Positions 49,342-63,569 are shown, numbered from the stretch's first letter. The stretch: 64,000 bases of DNA from Narcine bancroftii (GCF_036971445.1 NC_091478.1:8742001-8806000); one strand, 5' to 3'. Notes: generated from the letters alone by a model not told the origin. Translations and numbers: made by a program.

Positions 49342-52300
49342 CAGAGTCATGTGATGGAGTAGTGGCCGGTAGGGTAAAAACAGTCCTCTCCAGAAAAAAA
49401 GTCAAGAAAAGACAAAGTTCAACAAATATAAAATATAAGTAATAGAAGATAAAGTTGCAGAGAAGAGAAAGAAGATGGTGCCCAAGAAGGAAAAAGTAAA
49501 AACAACGGGGGGAAAAATATCACCGGAAAAGAAAGAAGGCCTTACTTGCACGAAGGAACAGGGAGCTGTGGAGGTGAAGAACGTTCGTTCTCCGAAGTTA
49601 GTGCCGGCCCTGCGGAGTCGCGACACCCCCCCCCCCCCCCCCCCCCGTGGACAAACAAAAGTGTGCAACTGCACAATCAAAGGTAAAAGAAAACACCGAC
49701 GGGAGGGGGGCTCAGCTGAGGAGTGGACAACCACGGCGCGACCAGCTGAGGGACGCCAGACACCAGGGCTCTCAGTTGGAAGATGAGGAAGGCAGCAGGA
49801 GAGGGATTGAGGTATCAGGCGAGAAAGAAAGTCAATGGGGTGAACAGCAAGAGGAGCAGCAGCAGGAGGCCCGACAGATGAGCAACCCAGAAAGGGAGGA
49901 CGAACAGCAAGAGGCCCAGCAAGAAGAGGCCGACTTCGTGATACAAGCAACTCATCGGGAAAATCAGAAGAGACACAGATACAAAGAAGAGAAGAAGACA
50001 CAAACACAGGTACAGACACAGAAGAGGAAGAAGACCAAAATCTTCACAGAGAAATAAAAGGTAAAACAGATGGACAGAATATAGATAAAGCTTTTTTTGA
50101 AGAACAAATGAGACCATGAAAAGAATGGTTGTCATTAGAATTTAGTGCAATTAAAAGAAAAATGAAAAGAACAGAAGATAAAATGCAAAGATTAGAACTA
50201 GTCATGACAGAAATAGGGAAAAGAGTACAAAATGTGAAAGAATGAGAAATGGCTGTAGAAATAGAGTAAATGACTTAAGAGGAAAATTGGAAGAAAGTGA
50301 CAAAAAATTAAAGAGACAAGAGTGGTTATCTCAGAAAATTGATATGTTGGAAAATTATAGTAGGCGAAACAACATAAAAATAGTGGGCCTGAAGGAGGCT
50401 GAAGAAGGCACAGACATGAAGGAATCTATAAAAAGATGGATCCCGAAGGACCTGGGAATGACAGAAATACAGGAAGAAATGGAAATAGAAAGGGCACACA
50501 CAACACTAGCTCCGAAACTGCAGATACATCAAAACCAAGATCCATCTTACTAAAAATTTTGAGATATATGATGAGAAAATATACTGGAGCGGGCAAGGAA
50601 TAAAATTACAGAAGATAATAAACCATTCGAATACAAGGGTCAAAAGTATTTTTTACTCAGACATCAGTTTTGAACTCTTAAAGAAGAGGAAAGAGTTTAA
50701 TACAGCAAAATCAATCCTACGGAAAAAAAGTTATAAATTCATGTTAAGACATCCAGATGTGCTTAAAATGTTTATCCCCGGGGAGCAAAACAGACTCTTC
50801 TCGGATCCAGAGGAAGCACAAGAATTCGCAGAGCGTTTGCAGGACAGAAGGAGAGATGAAGAGATGTAATAACAATGAAGAACGGCGATAAAGTATATAT
50901 AAAGATGTAAAAACAATGTATATGTAAAGAACTAAAGAGGGAAAAGGGAAGGAAGGAAGTAAGGGAAACAAAAGGGAGTGCTTTGTTATATGTATAAAAA
51001 AAAAGTTTTCTGGGGGAGGATGGGGAGGGAGAGAATAACCGTCACTGTGAAATCAGTTGACGCTTGCAAACAAGATCGCAATCCAAATGGAAAGGAGAGT
51101 TGTGGTTGCCCGTCAAGGGATAAGGGACAACTCAGAGAGGAGGGGGGGCATTTGGGGTTAAGGTAATATTGGGTGTGGAAATTGTTGGAGTATTTTATGT
51201 TTTAAATCTGTTATCATACATTGAGTTTAAAAAGGGAAAACATGAAAATGGGGAAAGGGGTGAGGAAGCAGAAATGAGGTGTAAACAAGATACAAGATGG
51301 CCACGTTGAACTATATGACTATAAACATTAATGGAATACATAACCTAATTAAAAGGAAGAGGCTATTAAATTTACTGAAAAAAAAAATAGATATAGCATT
51401 TGTGCAAGTGGAACATAACAAATTAAAGAGAGACTGGGTAGGAAACGTAGCAGCAGCATGATATAATTCAAATTATTAATTAATAAAAACATAACAATCA
51501 AAATAGAGGAGGAAATAATAGATCCAGCAAGGAGGTATATAAAGATAAAGTCTCAGATACACTCAGAATTTTGGAATTTCCTCAATACATATGCACCTAA
51601 TGAGGAGGATCAAAAGTTTATGCAGGATATTTTTTTTGAAGATTGTAGATACGCAAGGAAATATATTGATAGGAGGGGATTCTAACCTTAATTTGATTCA
51701 ATGTTGGATAAAACTGGACAAAAGACAAGCAAAAAGAATAAAGTAGCCAAATTTTTGGTTAAATCAATGCAGGAAATGTAACTTATGGATATATGGAGGA
51801 GGCAGCACCCAAGAGAGAAGGAATATTCATATTATTCAAGTAGGCATAAAACATACTCAAGGATTGATATGTTTTTGTTGTTGGCCCATATTCAAGGGAG
51901 AGTTACGAAAACTGAGTATAAAGCTAGACTACTATCAGATCATTTACCTCTATTAATAGCAATAGAACTGGAGGACATCCCACCAAGAACATTTAGATGG
52001 AGGTTAAACTCCATGCTACTTAAAAACCAGGAATTTAGAGAGCTTATTGAACACCAAATTAAAACATATTTTGAAATAAACATGGAATCAGTGAAAGACA
52101 AATTTATATTATGGGATGCAATGAAAGCCTTCATTAGAGGGCAGATAATAGGTTATGTAACTAAGATGAAAAAGAACTACAATCGGGAAATAGAGCAGTT
52201 GGAAAGGGAGATAGTAAGTACAGAAAAGGAACTAGTAAAAAGGGATGATGTAACAAAAAAGAGAATTGGCAGACAAAAAAATAAAATACGAAACATTACA

Positions 52301-55296
52301 AACGTACAAGGTGGAGAAGAACATAATGAAAATAAAGCAAAAGTATTAAGAACTGGGAGAAAAAACACAAAGTATTAACACAAAATATTAGCAACTTAAA
52401 AAAGAACAAGCTAAAAGAAGCTAAAGGAAAAAAGACAAACAAATTACATATAACCCAATAGAGATTAACGAAAACTTTAAGGAATTTTATGAACAATTAT
52501 ACCAAACTGAGAGCGAGGGGAAAGATGATAAAATAAAAGAGTTTTTAGCTAAAATTGAACTGCCAAAATTGCATGGAGGAACAAAACAAACTGAGAAAAC
52601 CATTTGAAATAGAGGAAGTACAGGATATATTAAAAAAGCTACCAAACAATAAAACTCCAGGAGAGGATGGATTCCCAATAGAATTTTATAAAACATTTAA
52701 AGAGTTATTAGTTCCTCCTCTCCTGGAAGTAATGAACCAGACAGAAGAAACACAAAACTTGCCAGATTCATGGAAGACAGCAATAATTACAGTAACACCA
52801 AAGATGGGGAAGGATCCATTAACACCAGCATCATATAGACCAATATCTCTACTTAACTCAGATTATAAGATAATAGCGAAATTATTACCAAACAGATTGG
52901 CCAATTGTTTACCAAAAATAGTAAAATAAGATCAAGCTGGATTTATTAAGAAAAGACAAACAGCGATAATGTCTGTAAACTGATTAATCAAATTCATGCA
53001 GTTCAAGGAAATAAGAAGCCAACAGTGGCTGTTGCTTTAGACGCAGAAAAAGCCTTTGACAGAGTAGAATGGAACTATTTATTTAAAGTATTACAGAGGT
53101 TCAATCTACCACAAAAATATATTAATTGGATTAAAGTATAATGGACCATTGGTGAAGCTAACAGTAAATGGATATGTATCGAGCCAATTTAAATTAAGTA
53201 GGTTAACTAGACAGGGATGTCCATTATCCCACTCATTGTTTGCCTTAGCAATAGAACCATTGGCAGAACTGATAAGAACAGAAAATAAAATAAAAGGGAT
53301 AAAAATAAAGGAGAAGGAATATAAAATCAGCTTATTTGCAGATGACATCATAGTATATCTAGCAGAACCGTAAATATCAATAAAAGAATTACACAAGAAA
53401 TTGAAGGAGTATGGAGAAATATCAGGGTACAAGATCAACGCAAATAAAAGTGAAGTGATGCCAATGAGTAACGCAGATTATACAGAATTTTTTTAAAAAT
53501 CACCATTTCAATGGCAAGCACAAGCAATCAGATACCTAGGGATCAGGTTAGACAATAACTTAAGCCACTTGTACAAACTAAATTATCAGCCACTAATAAA
53601 GAAATTGCAGGAAGACTTAGAACATTGGAAAGAATTACCATTAACATTGATAGTGAGGGTAAACTGCATTAAAATGAATGTTTTCCCAAGGATACAATAC
53701 TTATTTCAATCATTGCCTATTCCCTTAACAGAGAAAATTCCTTAATGAACTAAAGAGAATAATAAGGAAATTCTTGTGGAAAGAGGGGAAACCGAGGGTA
53801 GCGTTAGATAAATTAACAGAGAGGTATTACCAAGGTGGTTTGCAGTTACCAAACTTTAAAAATTATTATTGAGCCGCGCAATTAAGGTACTTATCAGATT
53901 TTTACCAGACAAGGGAAAAAACAGACTGGACTAAGATAGAACTAGATAAAATAGGGAAGAAGGTACCAGAACATATACTTTATAAGTGGGATGAAAAGCT
54001 GGTGCAATATAAAAGCTCACCATTATTGCTTCATTTACTTAATATATGGAAGAAAATCCACTTAGAAAGGAAAAAAGTGAATTACCAAATACCAAAATTG
54101 TTATTGACACAAAGCCCACTAATCCCTTTTACAATAGATAACCTTTCCTTTAGAGAATGGGAGAGAAAAAGAATCAAAAGAATAGAAAATTGTTTTTTGG
54201 GAAATAATTTATTAACATTTGAACAGTTGAAGTACAAATATGGAATAACTCATGGTACAATGTTTGCATATCATCAACTGAAAGCTTATTTAAAGGATAA
54301 ATTGGGAAATAGACCAACTTCCAGAAGGAAGCAGCTTTGAATATGTGATTACAGACACAATGATAATTAAAAGATTTATAACGAACATGTAGATTAAGCT
54401 GCAAGATAAGGAAAATTATGAAATAAACTATAAACCTAAACAAAAGTGGGAAAAGGATATAAACATAAAGATAAAAAATGACGCATGGGAAAAGTTATGT
54501 TCTGGAACTATGAAAAATAAATAAACACAAGGTTACACATGATACAGTATAATTGGTTACACAGGATATATACATCACACCTCTAAAGTTAAAAGAATGG
54601 GATCCAACATTATCAGATAGATGTTTTCGCTGTACAACAGTACATGCAATTTGGGCATGTACGAAAGTGGAAATGTTTTGGGAAGATCTAAATCAGATAA
54701 TAAATAAAATCACAAAAAATAACATACTAAAAATCCAGAGATCTTTCTTCTAAGTAACACAAGTAGTAAGGAATTAGGCCTCAAATTGGATAAAGCGCAA
54801 AAAAGATTTATTATGATAGCCTTAGCAGTAGCAAAAAAAATGTATAATGTCAACATGGAAAATGGAAGAGAGCTTGAGAATTCAGCAATGGTACATGGAA
54901 ATTAATAAATGTATTCCATTGGAAAAAAATAACATACAATTTAAAAAATAAAGTCACATTATTTGAACAAATTTGGGAACCATACATGGGACATAACAGA
55001 GAGGGCTTGCCTCAGACCTCCACCCCCTAAAATGATAAGACAAAACGACTTGATTCAGTGTGTAAAAATAGATGACACATTTTTCTTGTTTATTTTTCAT
55101 TGTGTGAAGACATTGTTTTATGGATTTATTGTAGATGTTGAATATTTATGGGTTTTGGAGGGGGGTGAGAAGGGGGGAGGGACGGTAGGGGGAAAAAAAG
55201 GGAGAAAATGCCACTGTGCATATGTAATGAGAAACGTTTGTATATAATTTGGGTGATATGTTTCACAGTGTGAAAAATAAAAAATTATTTTAAAAA
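49342..55296 (+). mobile_element. Full-length but decayed L1/Tx1 LINE (ORF1 plus EN-RT ORF2)
   Basis: TSD aaca(t/c)atcagttca at 49328-49341 and 55297-55310. Motifs TININGIHN, YSRIDMF, KTPGEDGFPIEFYK, YRPISLLNSDYKI, DAEKAFDRV, RQGCPLS, LFADDI. Many stops and frameshifts. Confidence 0.95.
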
Positions 55297-55419
55297 AACA
55301 CATCAGTTCAGAAGTCACATTGGTGTTCAAGTTATGACTGTCAGGATGTTATCTTATTCCAAAAATAGCTAAAACAACTGTAGAATTTTAAAGTGTGAAT
55401 GGAAATCACAGGACACTGA

Positions 55420-57960
55420 CCATACTGTTTAAATATTCTTTTCATGCAGAGTTGTGCCAGAGAATATGTGCAGTGAATGTTGTTGACTTGTTCATAAACA
55501 GGCCTAGGATAATCCTAGAAAACAGAGATCAGTTTAACCTCAGTGACGGAAAATCTTTCAGAAAAGTTGATCTCGGGATTAACTGTCAAAACAAAGAAAA
55601 TTGATTAGGGTAAGCCAGTATGGATTTATTAAGTGTAAATCATGTTCAACTCATTTGATAGAATTGCTTGATGAGGTAACAGATGTTCAACTAGATAATG
55701 CCATCGATTTAAGATAAATGCACCTTCGAAGCAGCTTTTAATGCAATGCCACAAAACAGTCTTGTTTACAAAATTTAAACTAAACAGCAGTTAAGGAACA
55801 GTGACAGCACGGAGGTGGAAAAATTGCATACAAGGCCATGATGAATAGTTGTTCTTCAGAGTGAAAGAAGGTGAATAGTGGCATTCTCAAGGATCAATGC
55901 TGAGGCCATTGCTTTCTTTGACCTATATTAACAATCCAGACATAGATGATGAAAATCATAATTTCTAAAGTTGTGGATGACAAAAATTGATAGTACTGTA
56001 AACAGTGATAAGCTGCATCAGGGTATAAACAAGATGATTAAATGGGCAGATGAAGTTCATTTCCCAGGAACATTAAAGATGCATTTTAGTACAAAGAATG
56101 AAGTGGCAATATGGAGTTAAGGTTATTGGTCCAAAGGGGCAGAGGAGAAAAGGGGCCATAGGTATGATTACACAAGTCACTGCAAGTAGCAAAGCAAGTG
56201 AGAAGCTGATTAATCAAACTTAGACAAATGTAAACCTTACCCATGCACACACAGACTACAAAAGCATGGAAGTTGTGTTCATTTATAAAATACTGGTTCA
56301 GCCTCAAAGAGAGAAGTGTGTGAAGGCATTAGAGGGAGTTTGGTGAAAAAAATTACAATAATGTGTTCAGTGACAAGGGACTACAATTACAAGGACAGAT
56401 AATTTTCCTCTCAGGAAGGAAAGGCATATATGGAAGAAGATCCACTTAGAAAGGAAAAAAATGAATTACCAAATACCAAAATTATTATTGATGCAAAATC
56501 CACTAATCTCTTTTCCAGTAGACAACCTTTCCTTTAGAGAATGGGAGAGAAAAGGAATCAAAAGAAAATTGTTTTTTTGGGAAATAATTTATTAACATTT
56601 GAACAAATGAAGTACAAATATGGAATAACTCATGGTACAATGTTTGCATATCATCAACTGAAAGCTTATTTAAAGAATAAATTGGGAAACAGACAGATTA
56701 CCAGAAGGAAGCAGCTTTGAATATGTGATTACAGACACAATGATAATTAAAAGATTTATAACAAACATGTACATTAAGCTGCAAGATAAGGAAAATGATG
56801 AAATAAGCTATAAACCTAAACAAACGTGGGAAAAGGATTTAAACAAAGATAAAAAATGAAGCATGGGAAAAGTTATGTTCTGGAATTATGAAGAATACAA
56901 TAAACACAAGGTTACGCATAATACAGTATAATTGGTTACACAGGGTATATATCACTCCCCAAAAATTAAAAGAATGGGATCCAACATTATCAGATAGATG
57001 TTTTCACTGTAAGAAGGAAATGGGAACAACAGTACATGCAATTTGGGCATATACGAAGAAAGTGAATACGTTTGGGAAGAACTAAATCAGATATTATCAT
57101 AAAAAAAATACCAAAAAATCCAGAGATTTTTCTTTTAAGTAACATTAAATAGTAAAGAATTAGGCCTCAAATTGGATAAAGGGCAAAATAGATTCATTAT
57201 TGCGTTAGCAATAGCAAAAAAATGTACAATGTCAACTTGGAAAATGGAAGAGAGCCTGAGAATACAGCAATGGTACATGGAAATGAATAAATGTATTCCA
57301 TTGGAAAAAATAACATAGAATTTAAAAAATAAAGTCACATTGTTTGAACAAATTTAGGAACCGTACATGGAACAGAGAGAGCTTGCCTCGGACCTCCATC
57401 TCCTAAAATGATAAGACAAAACGACTTGATACAGTGTGTAACAAATAGATGACGCATTTTTCTTGTTTATTTTCCTTTGTGAGAAGATATTGTTCTATGG
57501 TTTTATTGTATTGTATATGTTGAATATTTATGGGTTTTGGAGGGGGGGGTGGGAAGAGGGGAGGGAGGGAAAGGGGGGAAAAAAGGGAGAAAATGCCACT
57601 GTGTATATTTAATGAGAAACGTTTGTACATATTTTGGTTGATATGGTTCACAGTGTGAAAAATAAAAAATTAAAAAAAAGGAAAGGCATAAAGGTGTTCG
57701 AATAATGAAAGGTTTGGTCAGGGAAAATAGTGGAAGGGTGCTCTATTCAGATGAGAGGCACAAAATAAAAGGAACATAATTGACGGAACGTTCTCACATC
57801 AGTAATTTTTCTAAATATAAATGCAACATGTGCTTGGAATCTGGAAAGCATTGAATGCAAATCTAGAGGAGGCAGTTTTCTAGTGTGGTCCATAGAAGAG
57901 AACTGGATAAATATAGAGTGATAAAAAAAAATTACTAGAAAAGGGACAAACACAAAAGGT
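55420..57960 (+). mobile_element. Old CR1 remnant interrupted by an L1 fragment
   Basis: 'agccagtatggatttattaag...tcatgttcaact', 'caaggatcaatgctgaggcc' and 'tataaaatactggttcagcctc'. It resumes after 57690. Confidence 0.6.
56429..57677 (+). mobile_element. 5'-truncated L1/Tx1 (ORF2 C-terminus plus 3' UTR) with 13-bp TSD
   Basis: TSD aaggaaaggcata at 56416-56428 and 57678-57690. Colinear with 54043-55296. Confidence 0.92.
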
Positions 57961-58594
57961 CAAATGAACACCTCAAGTGCTGTAACCGTTCTATGGTAGA
58001 TGTACACCAGAATTTGTAAAATAGACACACTTAACTTACTGGCATGTAGCCCGAACCAAAACCCTAATTTGGAGATGAGAATGCCAACACTGAGCCAATG
58101 TGGAGAATGAAAACCCATTTGGACATCCAATTGTGAATGAACAGTTGCTAATTAGCAGAGTGAAACAATGAGAAAGGTAGGCCCAGCTGTGATGTTCTAG
58201 CCCACCTTCAATCCCTGCAATTGCTTTCTTCCAGAATAGTACCAGTATTGACATTTTGTAACTTGGTTCTGGTGGATCCTCTGCTTAACAAACATTCCCT
58301 TGTAAAACTATGCCTAGAATTTTTGTTGTACTAAAGCATGTTCTGACTTTCCCAGATTGCACACAGAGCAAAGGTTTTCATTCTAATTCAAATTCAATTC
58401 CATCTAACTTGAATCCTAAATGAACATTAATATCACCAGTGAAGGAACCATATTCCAACCAGTCAGGGAACAAACTGACAACCAAAAGATTCAACCACCA
58501 GTGTAGAATGACCAGCAAATGAACCAAAACTATTCACAATTTCTATCATTTGAACCAATTCCTACAAGAATGAGTGACACAGCAATTGCCTTAC

Positions 58595-58631
58595 CTAAAG
58601 AGTTGATAACCAGGTTCATGATTATGGATTT
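58595..58631 (-). CDS. ABRAXAS2: ABRAXAS2 exon 3 (37 nt)
   Basis: (E)IHNHEPGYQLF(S). acAG/GTAAGG boundaries; phases join exons 2 and 4. Confidence 0.9.
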
Positions 58632-60403
58632 CTGTAATAAAACCAAAATAAACATTTTCAATTTTTTTTTTGAAGCTCAGTGCAGATGTTTTTTTTAAAC
58701 CTTAAAATAACCTAACAAGTTATTATCTCACAGAGGAAGGATCACTACAAATAGAGTAAGCAGGAGACACTATGCCCAGGAGTGCGACAAGAGCTAGACA
58801 TTTTTAACTTTGACATTTTCAATCTTGCAGAAACCAGTTTGCAATATTAAAACTACTAAGCAGTAAATAAAATGGCCACTATATTTTCCAATACTTCTCA
58901 TCAAGATGATCTTTAAAAATTACAAGATCAAGTGACAATATTGCTGAAATGAAACATTTTAGAAAACATTCTGCAGAATAATTCTTTGAGCCCCCATTTA
59001 AGCAATTCTCTCAGTAATTGTCATCAATAAAGGAAAGGTAGACCCCAGTGATCTTCTCGGCTGCTTTGACAATCATCTGTCATGATTTCCTGACGATGCA
59101 AACACCATACAACGCAATGATGCGGCCAATGCTCCTGTAAAAAGTTGCCAAGATGAGAGCTGGAAGCCTTGCCATCTTTAACCTCCTCAAGAAGTGTAGA
59201 TTGTCTGATTAACAACACTGCAGTATCAATTACTTATTTGGCAAGAGGAAGGGGCATGAAATGGCACTAGTTGCTCCCATTTGTGATCCCAAAAGCTTAC
59301 TTTCAGCCATGAGCAAATCTTCAATTATTGTCCAGATATGCATGAATGGGCCACACACAAACTGAAATGAATGATTACATATTTTGAGAGTGCAAATCTC
59401 CAATTGCAACATTGACCATTTACAAAGAGTTCGAGAACCCACGAAACTGTACATTCTTACTCAATACACAACCTGTGTTTTGTGCAACAGGGCAGAGTTT
59501 TTGCAGCACATATCACAGGAAAACGAGTTTGTAATTTTGCTGCAATATTCAGAAATTAATCGATCAAATCGTTTAAATACATATTGGGAAAGAGGTGAAT
59601 CGCCAGCAGTAACTAGATTTCCAAACTCTCCAACTTTTTGACTGATATTTCAATGCATTGAACATTTGTCCAATACTTTCCTTTAAATTAATGACTGAGT
59701 ATAACAAAACACTGAAAGTATTTAAAGATTATTTCAAGTTTTTTTTTCTGATAAACGTTCTTCTTATATTTTGGATTGGTTAAGAGTGGAGGAAGCAAAA
59801 CAAATTTCTCTACTACTTCATCAAAGAATGGCTTTGAAAACCCGATCAAAGTATGCACAGGACAAATATGCTTTTTGTACATTTGAAAACCTCCCTTACA
59901 ACTGTAGATTAATAGCATGAAATCCTCATGAAATTAAACTCAACATTTGATGCTAAAAATTTACCATAACCTCCAACATTAATCCCAAATTTTAAAAGAA
60001 TAAATTTAAAAAGAAACATCTGCACATCACATTTTATATTAGTGCAAAATAAGCTTTTGTACTACATCTGTCATCTTTATCAGATGACCAACGTATAGAA
60101 AAATGCAAGATTTAAATGTGTTAAACATATTTTTGACCCCAAAAATCATTTTAGATTCAACAGTAAAGTGAACACCATGCAGGAAAAGTGGTACTACATT
60201 ATATTCTATGAACAGATCCTAATTCCCAGTATGATAACTCGCACTGTTTTTATTTACTTTCTCTGACATTTATTTGATAACTTCAAGTAACTTTTACAGG
60301 AAAAACAACTCTAAATCACAGCCACAATGCAAACATTCCACATTGGAAGTCTGTGCATTATGTACACATCTGATGCATTTTTGCTCAATTTAACTTGAAT
60401 TAA

Positions 60404-60815
60404 CCAGAATGGAGGACCATCGCCTTCCCAAGATCGTGTTATAGGGCGAGCTCTCCACTGGCCACCGAGACAGAGGTGCACCAAAGAAGAGGTACAAGGA
60501 CCGCTTAAACAATCTCTTGGTGCCTGCCACATTGACCACCGCCAGTGGGCTGATATCGCCTCCAACCGTGCATCTTGGTGCCTCACAGTTCGGCAGGCAG
60601 CAACCTCCTTTGAAGAAGACCGCAGAGCCCACCTCACTGACAAATGACAAAGGAGGAAAAACCCAACACCCAACCCACCAATTTTCCCCTGCAACCACTG
60701 CAATCGTGCCTGCCTGTCCCGCATCGGACTTGTCAGTCACCAACGAGCCTGCAGCAGACGTGGACTTTTTACCCCCTCCATAAATCTTTGTCCGTGAAAC
60801 CAAGCCAAAGAAAGA
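60404..60815 (+). mobile_element. RTE-clade LINE 3' fragment
   Basis: RMEDHRLPKIVL*GELSTGHRDRGAPKKRYKD and a short (aaag)n tail. Close to the copy at 63570-64000. Confidence 0.88.
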
Positions 60816-61083
60816 ACTTGCCACTGATAGTTGAGAAATTTGTTTAATCTGATATTTTGAACTATTCATTCCAACTCACCTTTGCTTTTGTTTAAATATA
60901 CAAGGTATTATGGAAAATGTTACAACATTTCATTAACACTCATACAGAATCTGAAACTAGATGTATTCCTTAAATAGAAAAGTCCTAGATGTCTAATTAC
61001 TGTAAAATTGTAGATCACCAATATTAAAATTAGAGCAAAAAATGCAGGGATTTATGAATCTAATCTTCTTTCACATGGCTTAC

Positions 61084-61174
61084 CTATAACTTGCAGCAAC
61101 TCTGTGTTGCTGATATGCGAATCACTAATACTGAAAGTTTCAAGTTGTTTTACATCACCCAAAAGAAATCCTTC
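61084..61174 (-). CDS. ABRAXAS2: ABRAXAS2 exon 2
   Basis: [30 protein letters not shown]. acAG/GTAAG boundaries; 91 nt. Confidence 0.96.
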
Positions 61175-61289
61175 CTGTAAGAAAAAAAGTAGTTTAAACC
61201 AGAAAAAAGAAAACGACACTTTTATGGGTAGATGAAATAAAAATAAAATTTGCACTGCAATCAAAACCAATCACTGGAGTTGTGAATAT

Positions 61290-61970
61290 ACAGCAAATTT
61301 ATCTGGGTGAACACAATAGGCCTGTGTTGAGTTAAAGCCACACAGTCTGTTTCCGTTGGAGTGTGGTTTAACTGCAATGTCGAAGAATACGAATGCAAAG
61401 GACTGAATCGGCCTGCTAACAAGAGTCACGACCGCAGGTCTGAACCCAAGACGACAGTGCCTGTGTTCGGCAGTACGAGGGGTTGCAGGCTCCGGGGAAC
61501 CAGTAACAGGGAGAACACCCTATATCAAGAGGAGGAAACCACCCCAAGGACTCTGCGGCTGAAGCCTCCACACAGGGAGTGAATTGTTGGCAACTTGCAG
61601 GCGAGGAACCCACAATCGAGGTCAAATGACTCCCATTCGGCTGGGCCGGGCTCATGAGAACTACGTCTCGGAATTGGGATTGGAGAGGGTGCTGAGAAGC
61701 AAGAGAGGCTTCCTCATCAGGTCAGAGCTTTGGATCTGGGCTCGGGCTGCCAATGGTTGGAACTGCACTCGTCTTGTGTGGCTGCAGAAGCGCTGGAGCC
61801 AAATCCAGGAATAGTCAGTGACAGGGTAGGGATGGGGGAGGAAAGGAAGAACTCTCTTTTTCAACTCTCTCTGACTGTAAAGCAATGCTCATGGCGAATC
61901 CTCGTGACTAACGGCAATTTCGTGTAATATTACATTTCTGCTTTACGACAGGAGAATAGTATCTGAAAAC
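61290..61970 (+). mobile_element. Unclassified GC-richer interspersed element in ABRAXAS2 intron 1
   Basis: Abrupt composition shift and a LINE-like 3' end 'aatttcgtgtaatattacatt'. Family not recognised. Confidence 0.35.
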
Positions 61971-62631
61971 ATTGCAACAACGGTTTACATTTTAAGAACT
62001 TAACTTGGTTGCCACGGAAGGCGAACTATGACAGCGCCAGGGACCCATTCGAATCCGGCGCTGATCTGCACGTTCTCCCCGTGACCCCCCCCCCCCGCCG
62101 CTTCCTCCCACCCGACAGAACGTACGGGGGTCCCGATTATTTAGGAACAATTGGGCGGCACGGGGGTTCAATGGCCGGAATCGGCGGCTAAAGTGTTGAT
62201 TTTTTTTTAAAGTGTTGTGGAAAACAGCAAAAAGTTCGATAGAGTTTCAAATGCCGCCGGTTTTCGTTTAAAATTCTGTCGAAACTAAGTTTTACAGAGA
62301 CAAACAAATAGAAGCAGACGGATCCCATTCGTGTGGCAGAGCCAACGCTCCCCAGGGTGGGTTCACGCCTGCAACCCAACGCTTGCGGAGGCGGAGGCCG
62401 TTCCCGTGGCGACCTCTCGCCCGAACAAATGCAGCGCCAGGAACCCGGCCGCCCTGAGCCTGACCCAACTCTTCTTGTTGGACATCTCGAAGCCTCCAGC
62501 GAGGGTCGAGGCCTGGGTCCAGGCGACGGGAGGCACACGCCTCGCACACCAAGGCCCCCCATTGGTCACAACCGTCTGGCATCTCAGCGCGCTCGGTCAA
62601 CCTGCTAGATTCCGACATCATTGATACCTAC

Positions 62632-62703
62632 GTGATCCGAGGGGCTGTTGGCGTGATGGTATACTAAAGAACTGAAAGTGTAGCCTGAGACGGAGGCGGC
62701 CAT
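62632..62703 (-). CDS. ABRAXAS2: ABRAXAS2 exon 1
   Basis: MAASVSGYTFSSLVYHHANSPSDH; donor |GTAGGT; 72 nt. Joined CDS is 1215 nt, 404 aa. Confidence 0.95.
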
Positions 62704-62880
62704 TTCTTTTCCAGCCTTCCCACCCCCGCTTCACAGCGACTTCCGTTTTACGCTGCGTCAGCTCCACTTCCGCCCCGCAGCGCCTCCGCGTCCGCCCCGC
62801 AGCGCCTCCGCGTCCGCCCCGCAGCGCCTCCGCGTCCGCCCCGCAGCGCCTCCGCGTCCGCCCCGCAGCGCCGCCCCTGC
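62704..62880 (-). promoter_or_regulatory. ABRAXAS2 CpG promoter
   Basis: Two ETS cores acttccg (about 62739, 62766), CRE half-site tgcgtca, an array of GC boxes and YY1-like aaATGGC at the start codon. Confidence 0.7.
62770..62877. repeat. 22-bp GC-rich tandem repeat, about 4.7 copies
   Basis: Unit ccgccccgcagcgcctccgcgt starts at 62770, 62792, 62814, 62836 and 62858. Confidence 0.95.
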
Positions 62881-63569
62881 TGTCCCTGTTTGATACAGAA
62901 TTAACCTTAATTTCGGTCTAACCTCTTTAATATTACCCAACAAAAATTACATGGGGATCTGTGGGTGTTTAACCCCCAATATTGTTTTCCAAAAAAATTT
63001 CTTACTTCCAGCCAAAAAGGTCTTACTCGACTCCCAAGTAGAATGCAAAAACCAACCAACTTCCTGATCACCTCCAAAACATAAATCTGACAAAGTTGGA
63101 TTCAACTTTTTTAAAATTTTTGAGTTCAGTAATGCCTAACATTAATACATTTTATCTTTTTTTTTATAACATAATTGCATCCAATCATTTTCATCTATTT
63201 GTCTATTTAAATCAACCTCCCATCTTAATCTTGATTTATGAATTCCTAACTTGTAAGCTGCTTTTTGAAGTAATATATACATCACCAAAATAAACTTATT
63301 CATACCACCCTTGTGTGAGAGATGAGTAACACTGATCTAAAAGAAAAGTGAGGATTGAGAGAGATGAGTAAAACTGATATAAAAATATGATGAGGAAACT
63401 AGTATAGATATATGTGTAATGAATAAAGCCAGTATGAATAGATATTAGAATGTAGTTAGTCTGAATAAGATAAGGGTCTCCTAGCCTTTTAGACAGAATC
63501 AGCAAGTTCACCAGCATGAATAAGATAAGGATAGATAATAGAATGTAGGTAGTCTGAAGGGTCTTCTAA

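Noticed and set aside
59384-59641. ORF ending in SPTF, like the ABRAXAS1 BRCT-binding motif
   Set aside because: It is on the opposite strand in intron 2 with a non-ATG start and no other similarity, so it is treated as coincidence.
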